Below, in pieces: positions 9,912 through 20,000 of a DNA stretch of 20,000 bases. Position numbers and translations under genes: made by a program. The stretch's first letter is position 1. Each line of letters starts with the position of its first letter. Source of the stretch: Toensbergia leucococca (Eukaryota); the NCBI GenBank assembly GCA_022813965.1, contig JALDZS010000107.1, positions 57,968 through 77,967 of the forward strand, in the 5' to 3' direction. Under the pieces are notes generated by a model. It made no database searches. It was not told the DNA's origin and saw nothing but the letters and a program-made list of their open reading frames with translations.

Positions 9912-11945
9912 ATGTCACTCGTCCAGAGGCGAGGCCCAGGTACGTGCCACTATTCCTGTGCCACGTCAATAGCCGCTCTCCCAGCCTGCAACCGCTTCAC
10001 CACAACCTGAACGTGAATAGCCGTTTCACACTACACAAAAACAATGCGGCACTTGGACTGCATCTTGGAACGTTAGCTGATAGTCTATCTTTGCCTGCAG
10101 AGAGGCAACCCTCACCTAGTCTGGCCCTCAATTTACCTTCAAATAACCCCTTCCGCATTCGCGCTGCATCTCCAGCTTCATTCAACAGCTTACCTTCACC
10201 ACAAAGCCCTACTTTTAATATCAACAGTGCTCCCCCGGAGAGGTCGAAGAATCCATTTGCCGAATTCATAGAAGTTAGAGACGTCAGCCAATCTCTGCAG
10301 GCACCCGACTCACCTAGGAAAGCCATGCCTGCTATCGACGATAGAATATCTCCGAAGAAACAAGTACTGAACGAGAGTACCGTCGAAATCTTTGTAAGTC
10401 GCTTCACCGCGTCAGGCAATCACAAATTGAACAACTCGAATGGCACTTCGTCCGCTAACGAATATGCCCTGTAGAACAATCTTAGCATTGGCGATAAAGC
10501 TGCCAGCAATGGGACGCGCCAAGTAATAACTCCAATATACAATACTACCGGATCCACGCGGCTGGAGAATATCCCACCCTCATTCAATGGCAGATCTGGA
10601 ATGGTAGGACACCGCCCATCCCAATCGCAAGAGGAAGAACAACAGAGGCTACGAAACGGAGGAAAACCGCGAGGCCCTACTCAAGGACGAGACGTCTTTG
10701 CCGATCCCCCTGAGATCGGAAAACCTCGTGAAGTACGACGCTCTAGGCGAAATTCGGATTCCTCTGTGGCAGACAAGACTGGTAGAATCGTGGATGCTGA
10801 TGATGAGCGAAGACGCAAGGAACGGCGGCACAAAGAGCGAGAAGCCAAATATCGAGCTATGAAGGGTAAATCGCAAGCACCAACATCGAAGCCAAAGAAG
10901 CCCTACCAGGGACTAGATATTATCGATAAATTAGACGTAACCAGCATCTACGGCACTGGATGTAGGTGTTCTAGATTTTCAATCGGATTCCTTTTGTCAA
11001 GATGTTTAGTCCTATGCTAATGACCATCAACCAATAGTATTTCACCATGATGGTCCTTTTGATGCCTGTAACCCACATCGGAACCGGAAAGGCACACAAC
11101 GAGCACCAATGCAAGCTTTCCCGGAAGGATCTGCGAACAATGTTATCGGCGGTTCCGGGCCGGTAAACAAGAACATCAATATAGCACAGTTCCATGGCCA
11201 TGCTCCCGAAGGCTTCACTGATTTCTCAACATCTGGAGCCACCAACCCTGTCGCCGACCCAGCAGTATTCGAGCCATACACTGGTGCTACCTCGCCTGTA
11301 AAGATAGGTCAGAATGTGAGGCCGGAGGTTGACCGTACAAATAGCTTCGATCCGACGTCTCTTATAGAGCCTGTTCATGGGGACGAGAGCATGGGCCTTG
11401 GAACAAGTACGTTCTTAGAAGGTGCTCCGGCTTCTCGTATCGCCATCCAGCGCCGGGAATCCGACGCTGAAAACCAGGGTTTTGGAGCTGGGGCACATAT
11501 TGGGGGAGGTCTCACGCGGAAGAGGAGTTTGGCTCAAAAGATTCGAGGCATTAGCAATACAAACAGAAATGGTGGATCTAGAATCAGGATGACGAGCCCG
11601 GAGTTCGAACGAACCACGAGTCCGATTGAATTGGTACAAAGCGCAGGGGGGATTCGGGGGGTTCAGAATTCGAATCCTTTTTTTAATGACTACGATGACG
11701 CATATGAAAAAAAAGGGGCAAGGATCCAGATTTCGGAGGAGCAGAATCGCTTCGCCGCTGGCGGGGCCAGATCAAGGGCACCGAGTGATCCTCGAAGAGG
11801 TTTTGCAGGTGCCACATTGGAGAGACGTGCCACTGGAGACGGAATTGGTGTGACAGAGCCTGAGAATAAGGCTAGTGGAGGATTTTTATCCAGGGTCAAG
11901 AGTTTGAAAGGCGGAAGGAGAGCCAGGCCAGAAAAACTCGGTTGA
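9912..11945 (+). CDS. PAL1: Pal1 cell-morphology domain protein
   Basis: Exons 9912-9939, 10101-10393, 10475-10961 and 11038-11945. Introns GTACGT..GCAG, GTAAGT..GCTAAC..GTAG and GTAGGT..GCTAAT..ATAG are all frame-consistent. Pal1 motif LDIIDKLDVTSIYGTGLFHHDGPFDACNPHRNRKG..APMQAFP; also VHGDESMGLGTSTFLEGAPAS, NPF motifs and C-terminal GGFLSRVKSLKGGRR. Confidence 0.9.
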
Positions 11946-13066
11946 TGCAATTCTGATACAGCCGGTCAGCAAACTTGGAACGCTGCACGCCATTTTCTTG
12001 GGAGACATGACAGCTCATGAAAGTCTACGGCGTTTTTCCATCGTCCTTGGGTATTCGCCTGGTTTGCGGCGCAGTCTGTGCTCTTTATAGCGATGGCGTC
12101 GTTCGCAATGTCTTGTGCTCCACTCCTCGTTTTGGGACTTTGCTAACGGTTCGCTACGGCGAGGATGCCAAGCGTTTCGATAGGTATGTTGCGGTGTTTC
12201 TGGATATGGAGGGTTTCGAATTGATTTGTCTTTCTCCTGAGCTAGTCTCAATTAGAATTGGAGGGGATGGGGTGTTCATACTCTGCTACTAGTCGCAGAT
12301 TTCTTTTTAGTGAGAGGCTTGGTGTGTGACCGATCGTGATGCACCATTAGGTTATGTTTAGAAATGACGGATTAACTACATGGTGGAGACGAGGACTGTA
12401 TTGCATGTTCAGGTGCTACTGCTATGAGATTCTCCCTTTTTCGTCCCGTTTCATTATTTGAAACGTCTCCGCCCATTTTGGCCCTCTGTCCTCTTGAATT
12501 TCCTTACCTCCCCTATCGCCTCACAAGTGGGACTTGAAAACTCTCACACAATGCTCACACTTGAGAAACTTGCACGATCCAAAAATACCGGAGGGGATTG
12601 GAGTAGTGCAGACTTCATGAGAGAGGTTCGAAACGGGTGACCAAGAGACAATGCACTTTGGCGGGTAAAGCAGTTGCTGGATATGAAGATTGAGGTACCT
12701 AGCTGTGTGTGCTTGTCTGCGTGAGCCTGGCGCTGGAGCTGGCTGTCTTTTGCTCTTCCACTTTTGAAGAGGAGGATATGTCTGAGTTTGATGAGCGGTT
12801 GGGATGGGAACGGAGAGGGTTGATGAGGGATGTTGGCGTAAGAAAAGAGGGTCGGATCCGATTGTTCTTGTTTGGCAACTCTGATCTTCATTTGCGGTGC
12901 CTACAAATGTCACATCACAGAAAATGGCACATTTAATACCCAGCCATGCCAACTTCTTTTCGAAAGAAAGACCAACCGTACTCCATGCCCTACCATTTCC
13001 CCCAAAAAAGATATCCTCGTCGCTGCGCCAGAAAATCCGTCCTTCTGCAGTCCCAGTCCCCTTTCT

Positions 13067-13542
13067 CTAATCTTGCACCTACGCACCCCATCAGCCGTGA
13101 AACAACCCACAAAGAAAGAAAAATTCCACTCACCTCCGGCGGTTTCCCCACAGGCTGAATCATCTTCTATAAACCCCCGACCCCATAACAAAGTCAGCCC
13201 TCTTCTCTTCCCCAAGAAATTTCCCCCCTCCCCCAAAAACGAAAGAAAAAAAACCCCACCTCAACCATCATCCCCCTAACCCGCTCCCGACACTCGCCCA
13301 TCCCTAGCGCCATATAGCTCAGCAGCGGCGCGTGCCCGATGTAGGATGCGTAGCTGTCGCGGTGGATGTTGGAGGTCCATTCGTGCTTTGTGGTGTCGGC
13401 GTGGCCGGTGCCGATGTAGCGCGATTGGAGGGCTTCGAGTTGTTGTTGCGTGCGGAGTTTGTCGGCCTTTTTTTTTGGGCGGGGGAGGGAGGGTTAGCTT
13501 GGAGGGGTAAGGGGGGATGGGAGGAGGGGTGAGTGGTACCAT
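13067..13542 (-). CDS. SF3B5: Splicing factor 3B subunit 5 (SF3b10/Ysf3), 84 aa
   Basis: Exons 13542-13540 (ATG only), 13466-13260, 13166-13134 and 13078-13067. Introns GTACCA..GCTAAC..AAG, GTGGGG..GCTGAC..ATAG and GTGAGT..GCTGAT..GTAG. Protein: MADKLRTQQQLEALQSRYIGTGHADTTKHEWTSNIHRDSYASYIGHAPLLSYMALGMGECRERVRGMMVEKMIQPVGKPPEVQD. Confidence 0.95.
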
Positions 13543-13782
13543 TTTGAGTAGGGGAGGTGAGGTGGAGTGGGTGGTGGGAATTGGAAAAAGGAGGAGGGAG
13601 GTGTGGTGACTGGTAATTTATGGGGGGTTCGTGGGGGGTACGGAGTTGCGTAGGTATTAGATTTCGCGAATTGATCAAGGTGTGCTCTGACAGCCACCCG
13701 AACAACTCATCTAAAGTTCTTCCGCCTCTTAACAACTAGTCCTCTAACGAAGCCCAAACAGCCTACCTCGCTCACACCCCTC

Positions 13783-14220
13783 ATGATGCCTTCCCCTTCA
13801 CCCCCTGTCCCCACTACACCTCCACCCCGCACATCCTCCCCACCGAACTACCCAAAGCGTGGCCTTCCCCCATCCCTTTCCTCCACGTACCCTCACGGCC
13901 TCATCACCGGCCAACCCCGCACACCCACCCAACAGGCCGCCTTCTCCACGCGTAAAGCAGAAATCCTGCGGACCATGTCAGCGGAGCAGATGGAGCGGGC
14001 GTACTGGGAGGTTGTGGGGCGCATTGAGGGGGTGTTGGAGGAGGCGAGGAGGGAAAATGAGGAAGTGGAGAGGGATAAGGTTGTGCTGATCAAGCAGAGG
14101 GAGATGGAGAGGAGGATTTTCTGGAAGGCCCTCGGACGCGGGGAGGATGGGGAGGGGGAGGGGAGTGGGGAGAGCGGGTTGCCGATTAGAGAAGGAAGTG
14201 CTGAGAAGACGAGAGTCTGA
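13783..14220 (+). CDS. Hypothetical protein, Pro-rich N-terminus and charged coiled-coil C-terminus (145 aa)
   Basis: Single-exon ATG-started ORF, divergent from SF3B5 (240 bp apart). Helical, charged segment FSTRKAEILRTMSAEQMERAY...EEARRENEEVERDKVVLIKQREMERRIFWK looks like genuine coding sequence. Confidence 0.7.
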   Translation: MMPSPSPPVPTTPPPRTSSPPNYPKRGLPPSLSSTYPHGLITGQPRTPTQQAAFSTRKAEILRTMSAEQMERAYWEVVGRIEGVLEEARRENEEVERDKVVLIKQREMERRIFWKALGRGEDGEGEGSGESGLPIREGSAEKTRV

Positions 14221-14474
14221 TGATGGAGGAAACGCGACTTTCGGAAGTAGTGTGGGAATAATGGCTAGGCTATCAAGCTATGTCCAGTACGGTAGCTATC
14301 CCAGAGCGGTTCTTCGTTCTACAAAATATCCCGGCACTCCCGGGTTGGTCTTATCAAGTCACAGGAAAGGTGTGATGGTGCATTTTGGCAGGGAAACAAG
14401 TCCAGAGGACTTTTGCAAGGAATGACGCCAGGAAAACCTGTGCCACGGCTTCAAGATGATGAGGTCCGTCTCCC

Positions 14475-15871
14475 TCAACACCGCAGCTCAAAATCATCTC
14501 CTTCATTCCTGACCCAACCCTTTAGTGATTCAGTCCTCACCTCCTCTTTGACTCGTCTTCGATCCTCTAGCAAACCATCTCCTTTTATCTGCTGGTACTT
14601 CACGTGATACTCACATTTTTCGAAGGCTAGTATCCTCAGTGAAGCAAGCACCTGGATTATGGTGCTCCACATCCGTAAATTGCTTACTGCACTACTTCCT
14701 TTAGGATCGGTGTGCTTCCGGCCCTGCAAAACGCCGTTGATTAGTGTTTCCTGCAGCCGGGGCGTCCAAAGAGCAGAAACGTTAGATCCTTTCGTTTCTG
14801 TGGACAATGACTGGAGGCTACGGCGTGACAATGAAAACTCTTGATTTGTGGTTTCAACTCCAAACGGCCGGAATGAATATCCACTCGACCATGTATTCTC
14901 AGCGACAGTTTTCATGCGTCCTGTAGGGCCAAAAGCCCTATCACAGGAGACTGGGCTATATTGAGAATACGGAAGAATTAGGCGGTCAAGATAGGCGTTT
15001 TCAGGAGAGATTAAGAGCGTAGTAGGCGAAGAGAGTAAAGAGGTGCATTGCTTGAGAGCTAGCTTGTCAGAGCATGACTTTGACAATGAAAGAGGACTGT
15101 CGGGCCGAGCTTGGCATTCGAGTTAGCTCGTCGCTTTTCGAATGCCAGGAGTGGGAAGTCCTACATGGCTTGCGTCTTACAATTCCCAGCTCGGAAAAAT
15201 ATCCTCGACCCTGAAGCTTTCCGGGATGAGCTTGAAGCCCCGGTTCAGGGCCAAAAATTGGCCATGGAGTCGCATCTTCCTGGGCTTGCATGATAATCTC
15301 CATACTGGCATCCCCACAAGGAGCCTCTGAGCAGTACATACAAATTTTGAGATTTTCATGCAGTGTAAACGGTTGTAGGCAGGTAAGCTTAGTCTTCTCG
15401 TGGTCTTCTCTCTTTCGAACAATAGTTGAAAAGGTTCCTGGAGAGTTGACTATGTTTTGACATTCCTGAATGAGAAAATGGTTGAATGCACGAATAGCTA
15501 GGATCTCAGCGTGCCAGTCATGAAGGACGAACCCTTGGGCTTGGGGGATCTTTGCAGCAGGGAGACACTTCATACCAGTGCTGATATTCTAATCAGCTTT
15601 GACGGCCTTTGTGGACGTGTAGCGCTGGGCATGAAACACCTACGCCAGAGCAAGACATGTGAGATCTTCATCGTCTAATTCAAGGCTTGCTCAGTGTAAA
15701 TTTCTTCATATCCTCATATAATAGATCGTGCATACCACTGCAAATGACAATCCCACTTAGTGGAACCCAGTCTTGTCTCCCATTGGCACGTACTGCTGGC
15801 TTACTTTTTGCCGGCAGCTTATTGAACGCTTCGAGGACGATACGGGCAATACGATCTTCGTGTACACCCAT
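14475..15871 (-). CDS. TAD1: tRNA-specific adenosine deaminase 1 (A37 of tRNA-Ala; ADAT1)
   Basis: Exons 15871-15736, 15674-15644, 15580-15165 and 15109-14475; introns GTATGC..TTAG, GTAGGT..TCAG and GTAGGA..GCTAAC..CAAG. A_deamin motifs: CLALATGMKCLP, LHDWHAEILAIRAFN, YCSEAPCGDASM, IVRRKPSRPDSPLSLSKSCSDKL, LINGVLQG. No dsRBD seen. Confidence 0.93.
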
Positions 15872-16117
15872 TAGATTATGAAAATTGGAATTATATCAAG
15901 CAATCTGAAGACTAGAGTCAAAGAGAGAAAGCCCCCTTCTAGCGCCGGAGATTGCAAAGCTTCTGGTAAATATCTCCGAAAGCTCGGTCCACAACGGGTC
16001 TCGAGGGAATCCGCAAGCAACTTGAGCATTGAATGCATTCCCCAATAGCTCTTTCCTTTGTATCATCCTACAACCATTTGAACAACCTTTGGAAGTTGTC
16101 CGTGCGACATTGTAAAG

Positions 16118-17459
16118 ATGCAAGCTTTCGGTTTGTTTCCTTTTCTTCAACATGGCCTTCAACGATATAAATAGCAAGCTTAAATCACTAATTCTGAACG
16201 CATCAGTGCCAAAGACTCGCAGGGTATTTCCAAGAATCTCTCATCCTTCCTATACAAATCTCTTACTAATTCACTGCTAAGCCTAAATTCGAGCTGAATC
16301 TGAAGGTATCAATGCCTTTATACTACCTCACAAGCGGCTATTGATCACGGCGTATCAGATCACCGATCTAAACAATGTTCCCCTTGTGTCTGGAACATCG
16401 TACGTCAAATGGCATCTACCATCCTCTACCTCTGCCGAACATCGTGGCCGTACCTCCAAGTCCGTCATCAAAGAACACAAAGTTGCGTGGGAATATGAAA
16501 AGACCCTACCGGTAAGATTAACAGTGGACCGAAATGGCATACTGCAAGAGTCAGACGTACACTTCGAGGTACTTCAGGAGTATTCATCCACTGCTCGAGG
16601 AGAGAGGATCGTTCTCGGAAATGTCAAATTAAACTTAGCAGAGTATGTTGATTGCGCTGAAGAAGGGGAAGAGGGGGTTACGAGGAGATATTTGATGCAG
16701 GAAAGCAAAATTAACAGTACTTTAAAGGTTATGACCTGCCTTGGTGAATTGGTATGGACGTACACTAATGTGTTGCTAGATTGGAATATGGATGAAGCAA
16801 ACAGAAGGCGATAGGAATTACACAGCGTTTGTCTTTCGTCTCCATGGCTGACAATGCTTCTCGCTGAATATGCTAGACCTCCACTCAAGACTGCCCCTGT
16901 CTTCGGTGGAATAGCTGGTATCATGACAGCTGAGCAAGGTGAACCCGATGACCTTGGCCACATGCCTTCAATGTCCACCAAGACTCGAGAGATTGGAGAA
17001 CAACAAGACATGTATCGGCGCACACTCGCTGCCTCATGGGCGGCACAAGCTGGTGAGCTCCCCGCCGATCTTTGTATAGAAGATATATTCGCTGGTGGAG
17101 ATGGCTGGGGACCAATAAAAAGTGGAGGATCTCCTTCAGATATGAAAAGCATGGATGGTAGCATGAGTGATCTTGGAGGGGCTGGAGGAGATAAGAGAAA
17201 TGTGCAAGGGCACACGAGAAAAACATCAGCTTTTGGAAGGCACTCGGAGAACAAAACCAAAAGCCATGTACGTGTGAACAGCAAAGGTAGCCATGTGCCT
17301 AGTGTTCCGGGTGGTGTAAGTGGTAGAAGAAGTATCGAACAGCAAATCCAGTCTAGTAGCGAGGAAACCGAGGGGCAAGGTTACAGGCTTCTCAATGAGG
17401 TTGATGAGCTCTCTGCTCGAGAGGATTTGAGGAGCTGGGAAATATCGGCGAATGGCTGA
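16118..17459 (+). CDS. NT-C2 domain protein (EEIG1/EHBP1 N-terminal C2 family)
   Basis: Exons 16118-16130, 16207-16223, 16282-16305, 16359-16727, 16780-16826 and 16877-17459, all with GT..AG introns in frame. Translation: MQAFVPKTRRPKFELNLKITDLNNVPLVSGTSYVKWHL...LGNVKLNLAEYV...RRYLMQESKINSTLKIGIWMKQTEGDRNYTAPPLKTAPVFGGIAGI...CIEDIFAGGDGW. Confidence 0.88.
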
Positions 17460-18068
17460 AAGCGAGATTCCGTGAAGGATATGACAGCCTAATCATCCAC
17501 ACGCAAGAGAGATCTCATTAGTTGCTACCTCAGTCCTTGGTATCCATGCTTCAAAGAATTGAAGCGGTGTGTTTCATACCTATACGTCTTCGCATCTCCT
17601 TGAACGGACTTCAAGACCGTCATTACGTTCAAATAGATCACGGACGCTCCTACGCCCCCAAGCTTCGTTGGCAGCTACGGACATCATCTCATATCGAGGC
17701 ATTTGTAAGCACTGTTCTCAAAACCTATTACAGTCGCGACAGAATTTACACAAGATGCCGGAAAATGTATGTTTACGAATTGCGGTATGCGTTGGGATCT
17801 TTAGCTTCTCAAGACATAACGGCCCACATACCTGTTCCAGTCTCTTGACAAAAGTGTCACTCTTACCACAAGAGTGCCATTTCTGTCTGGCCAATGCCCT
17901 CACTGTGAGCTCAGGAGATGGTAACAGAACCCCGAGACAGGCGGAATGGCGAGATTTCTATATGTAGGGGGGCCGACTTAAGTGACGAGAGTAGATGACA
18001 GCATCATAACAAGGCAGTCTCGGTCTGACTGTGCTGATTTGCCCCGCATCACAGCTGCTAGGTAGGTT

Positions 18069-19434
18069 TCAATCGGTCTCAAATGTCACCGGCCTCAGCT
18101 CAGATTCTGAAGCTATCTCGTACAGAATCCACCGTCCTTCACGGGTGCCATGTCTATCGCTGAGCACTTCAAATACGCCTACGGTGTTCCATTGAGTGGG
18201 GTCTCCTCCACCATACGCAATTTCTGCATCTCCCCTTGTCTTCGGAACCATGGATAAAAAGACTGATGTATCTACCAAATAGGCAAATGTCTTACCAAGA
18301 GCGGGTTTTCCGGGCGTTGAAGCAAAGATAGAGACATCATCTTCTGGCTTTCGTGGGTATCTCGTGTTTCTCGATTGGTTCATTCCAACGGCTGAGTTGA
18401 TGAGCAAGGTGCAAACATGGTGGCGCGAAGACAGGTGGTGAAGCGTCCGCATGAAACTTGATAGGATGGCTTGACCTTGTCTGGAGTCAGCGGAGGTATG
18501 CACGCTCGTATGTGGTCTTAAGCTTTCATGAGTTTTATGTGGAGCGTTGTTGTACCTTGAACTTGAGCCGTTGCCATCATCGAGCTTAGCGCGTTTGTTA
18601 TGGTGTCAATGACGAGCAGTTGCATATTCCTAGTCTGTACTTTTGATATTCCGTCTTGTTGGTAGCTGGAGTCCTTATAGATCAAATCGAAACTGCCTTC
18701 TCCCTCGCTCTCTCCTTGGCTATCAGCAATTTCCTTGCCTCGTTCTCCAGACTGTGCATCAGATACGCCTCTAGAAGATGTTGCTTGCTGTTCCCATGTA
18801 TCTCCCACTTCACCAACAGCTTCGACTATGCCAGCAAAGTCAAAGACTCTCATAACTTTCACGCGATCGAGCAGCAGGGTGGCCTTTTGCATTAGTTTGT
18901 CTCGCATAACCTGAGGTTCCGTAGGCATTGGCTCATATACGTAACCAGACTCTTGAAACTTCACATCCGGTGACTGATCCTGGAGACGCAGTGCTATAAC
19001 ATCTCGTAATCTGATGGGAGAGAATGCCCCCGTAGTATCTATAAAGGCAGCTTCAGCCGTTTCGCTGCTAAGGAGATGGCTTGTAAGCGTATGTAATGCT
19101 ATCTGAACGAGTTATTAGTCTCTACAAGGGCTTTGTACTACAATTAGGGACATTTCGTGAGATTTAGGCTATTGGAGATACCGCGAACTCAAAGTCGCAG
19201 ACACTGCATAACCCAAGTCTGCCAAAAAGGAAAGCCTACCAAAGTCTTTCCAGTTCCACTTGCCCCAGCAATCGAAGTAATATCTCCATACCTGAAGCCC
19301 CCTGCCAACACAGCCTCATCAACCCAAGGGCATCCTGAGCTCACGGGTCGAGGCTTGAGCTTTTCATGTGCTATGGCGGCTACGAGAAGGTCTGAACCTA
19401 GCACTCCTGGCGCTGCTTGATCGGGCTCGGACAT
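18069..19434 (-). CDS. RecA/Rad51 paralog, most similar in layout to RAD51D-like fungal proteins
   Basis: Exons 19434-19240, 19102-18556 and 18475-18069; introns GTAGGC..TCAG and GTACAA..GCTGAC..CAAG. Walker A GGFRYGDITSIAGASGTGKT; AAFIDTTGAFSPIRL; Walker B LLVIDTIT; TLLINSAV; C-terminal KPALGKTFAYLVD. Confidence 0.85.
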
Positions 19435-19883
19435 GTCTTGGGCAATCAGGACTTGTCCTGGCGATACGCTTGACTAGGTTGATATGAATGAATGGTTCGT
19501 TGTTCTTTTTTATTTCTGAAATATGGCTTTCGTGACTCGATATCTTGAAATTTTGCAAAATGTAGGTGTCTTTTAGAACCAGGTTCATTGCAAGTTTGCA
19601 TGGAATGAAATGCACCGAGATGAGGATTGAGACATGATGGCATCAATCACATTGTTGATGTCAGACGGAGTAATTGACGAGGGCAGCGAGGTCAGTGGTG
19701 AGCATTGACAACACATTAGTAGTCAGGTACTGGTGGAAATAGAAGGTGAAATTTGGGGATAGGTAGTAGATAGCTGGCCTTGTAGGGCTGACTGGAAGTG
19801 AGATTTTCGAGTTGATATTTGCATAGTACGAGGTCAATTTTTAAAGTATTGCAAATGGCCAACGTAGGAACTGCGGCTTGGCA

Positions 19884-19980
19884 TAGAACAGGTCAGTTAT
19901 CGTGATTTTCATCTATTCTACAAGTATGAACATCAATTCAACCGTGAAAGTTATTGTTCTCATCATGCTCTAGGACCTGT
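19884..19980 (-). ncRNA. Candidate box C/D snoRNA
   Basis: Minus strand: C box ATGATGA (19966-19960) and D box CTGA (19896-19893), 74 nt span. Possible C' box (TAGATGA). Flanking complementarity TAGAGC/GTTCTA and ACAGG/CCTGT. Target not identified. Confidence 0.3.
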
Positions 19981-20000
19981 CAAATCCTCTTTTCTAGGTT

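Noticed and set aside
12521..12952. Cys-containing minus-strand ORF (..CKFLKCEHC..) downstream of SF3B5
   Set aside because: It starts at TTG with no in-frame ATG, and I found no convincing splice model. More likely UTR or intergenic sequence, though not fully excluded.
12872..13735. Several Pro/Gly-rich ORFs in the ORF track
   Set aside because: They are artefacts of C/G low complexity overlapping the true spliced SF3B5 gene.
16574..17284. 236-aa minus-strand ORF
   Set aside because: It is the antisense shadow of the NT-C2 gene and has no motifs.
17522..17967. ORFs of 108 and 132 aa between convergent genes
   Set aside because: Non-ATG starts, no recognisable features, and located in a probable 3'UTR/terminator region.
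1..20000. CRISPR array, transposon, rRNA or tRNA genes, biosynthetic gene cluster
   Set aside because: No periodic repeats, terminal repeats, transposase or RT motifs, cloverleaf structures, or PKS/NRPS-type genes were seen.

Overview
Eukaryotic, intron-rich fungal (Pezizomycotina-type) genomic DNA; it is not prokaryotic. I rebuilt about 10 protein-coding genes by hand from GT..AG introns with CTRAY branch sites. They are: the 5' part of a DUF3433-type membrane protein gene (runs off the left edge), a small 4-TM-like protein, an Aa_trans (Mtr-like) amino acid permease, Mediator subunit MED31/SOH1, a Pal1-domain protein, splicing factor SF3B5 (missed by the ORF track), a small Pro-rich/coiled-coil protein, tRNA adenosine deaminase TAD1/ADAT1, an NT-C2 (EEIG1/EHBP1-type) protein and a RAD51D-like paralog. 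The ~3.7 kb between the permease and MED31 has no intact gene that I can find. It holds a disrupted reading frame with PPPDE/LRAT-like (permuted NlpC/P60) catalytic motifs and a Q/M/N-rich tail. A candidate box C/D snoRNA lies near the right edge. I found no transposon, rRNA, tRNA or CRISPR. I see no convincing novel multi-gene system. Family calls come from recalled motifs, not database searches.
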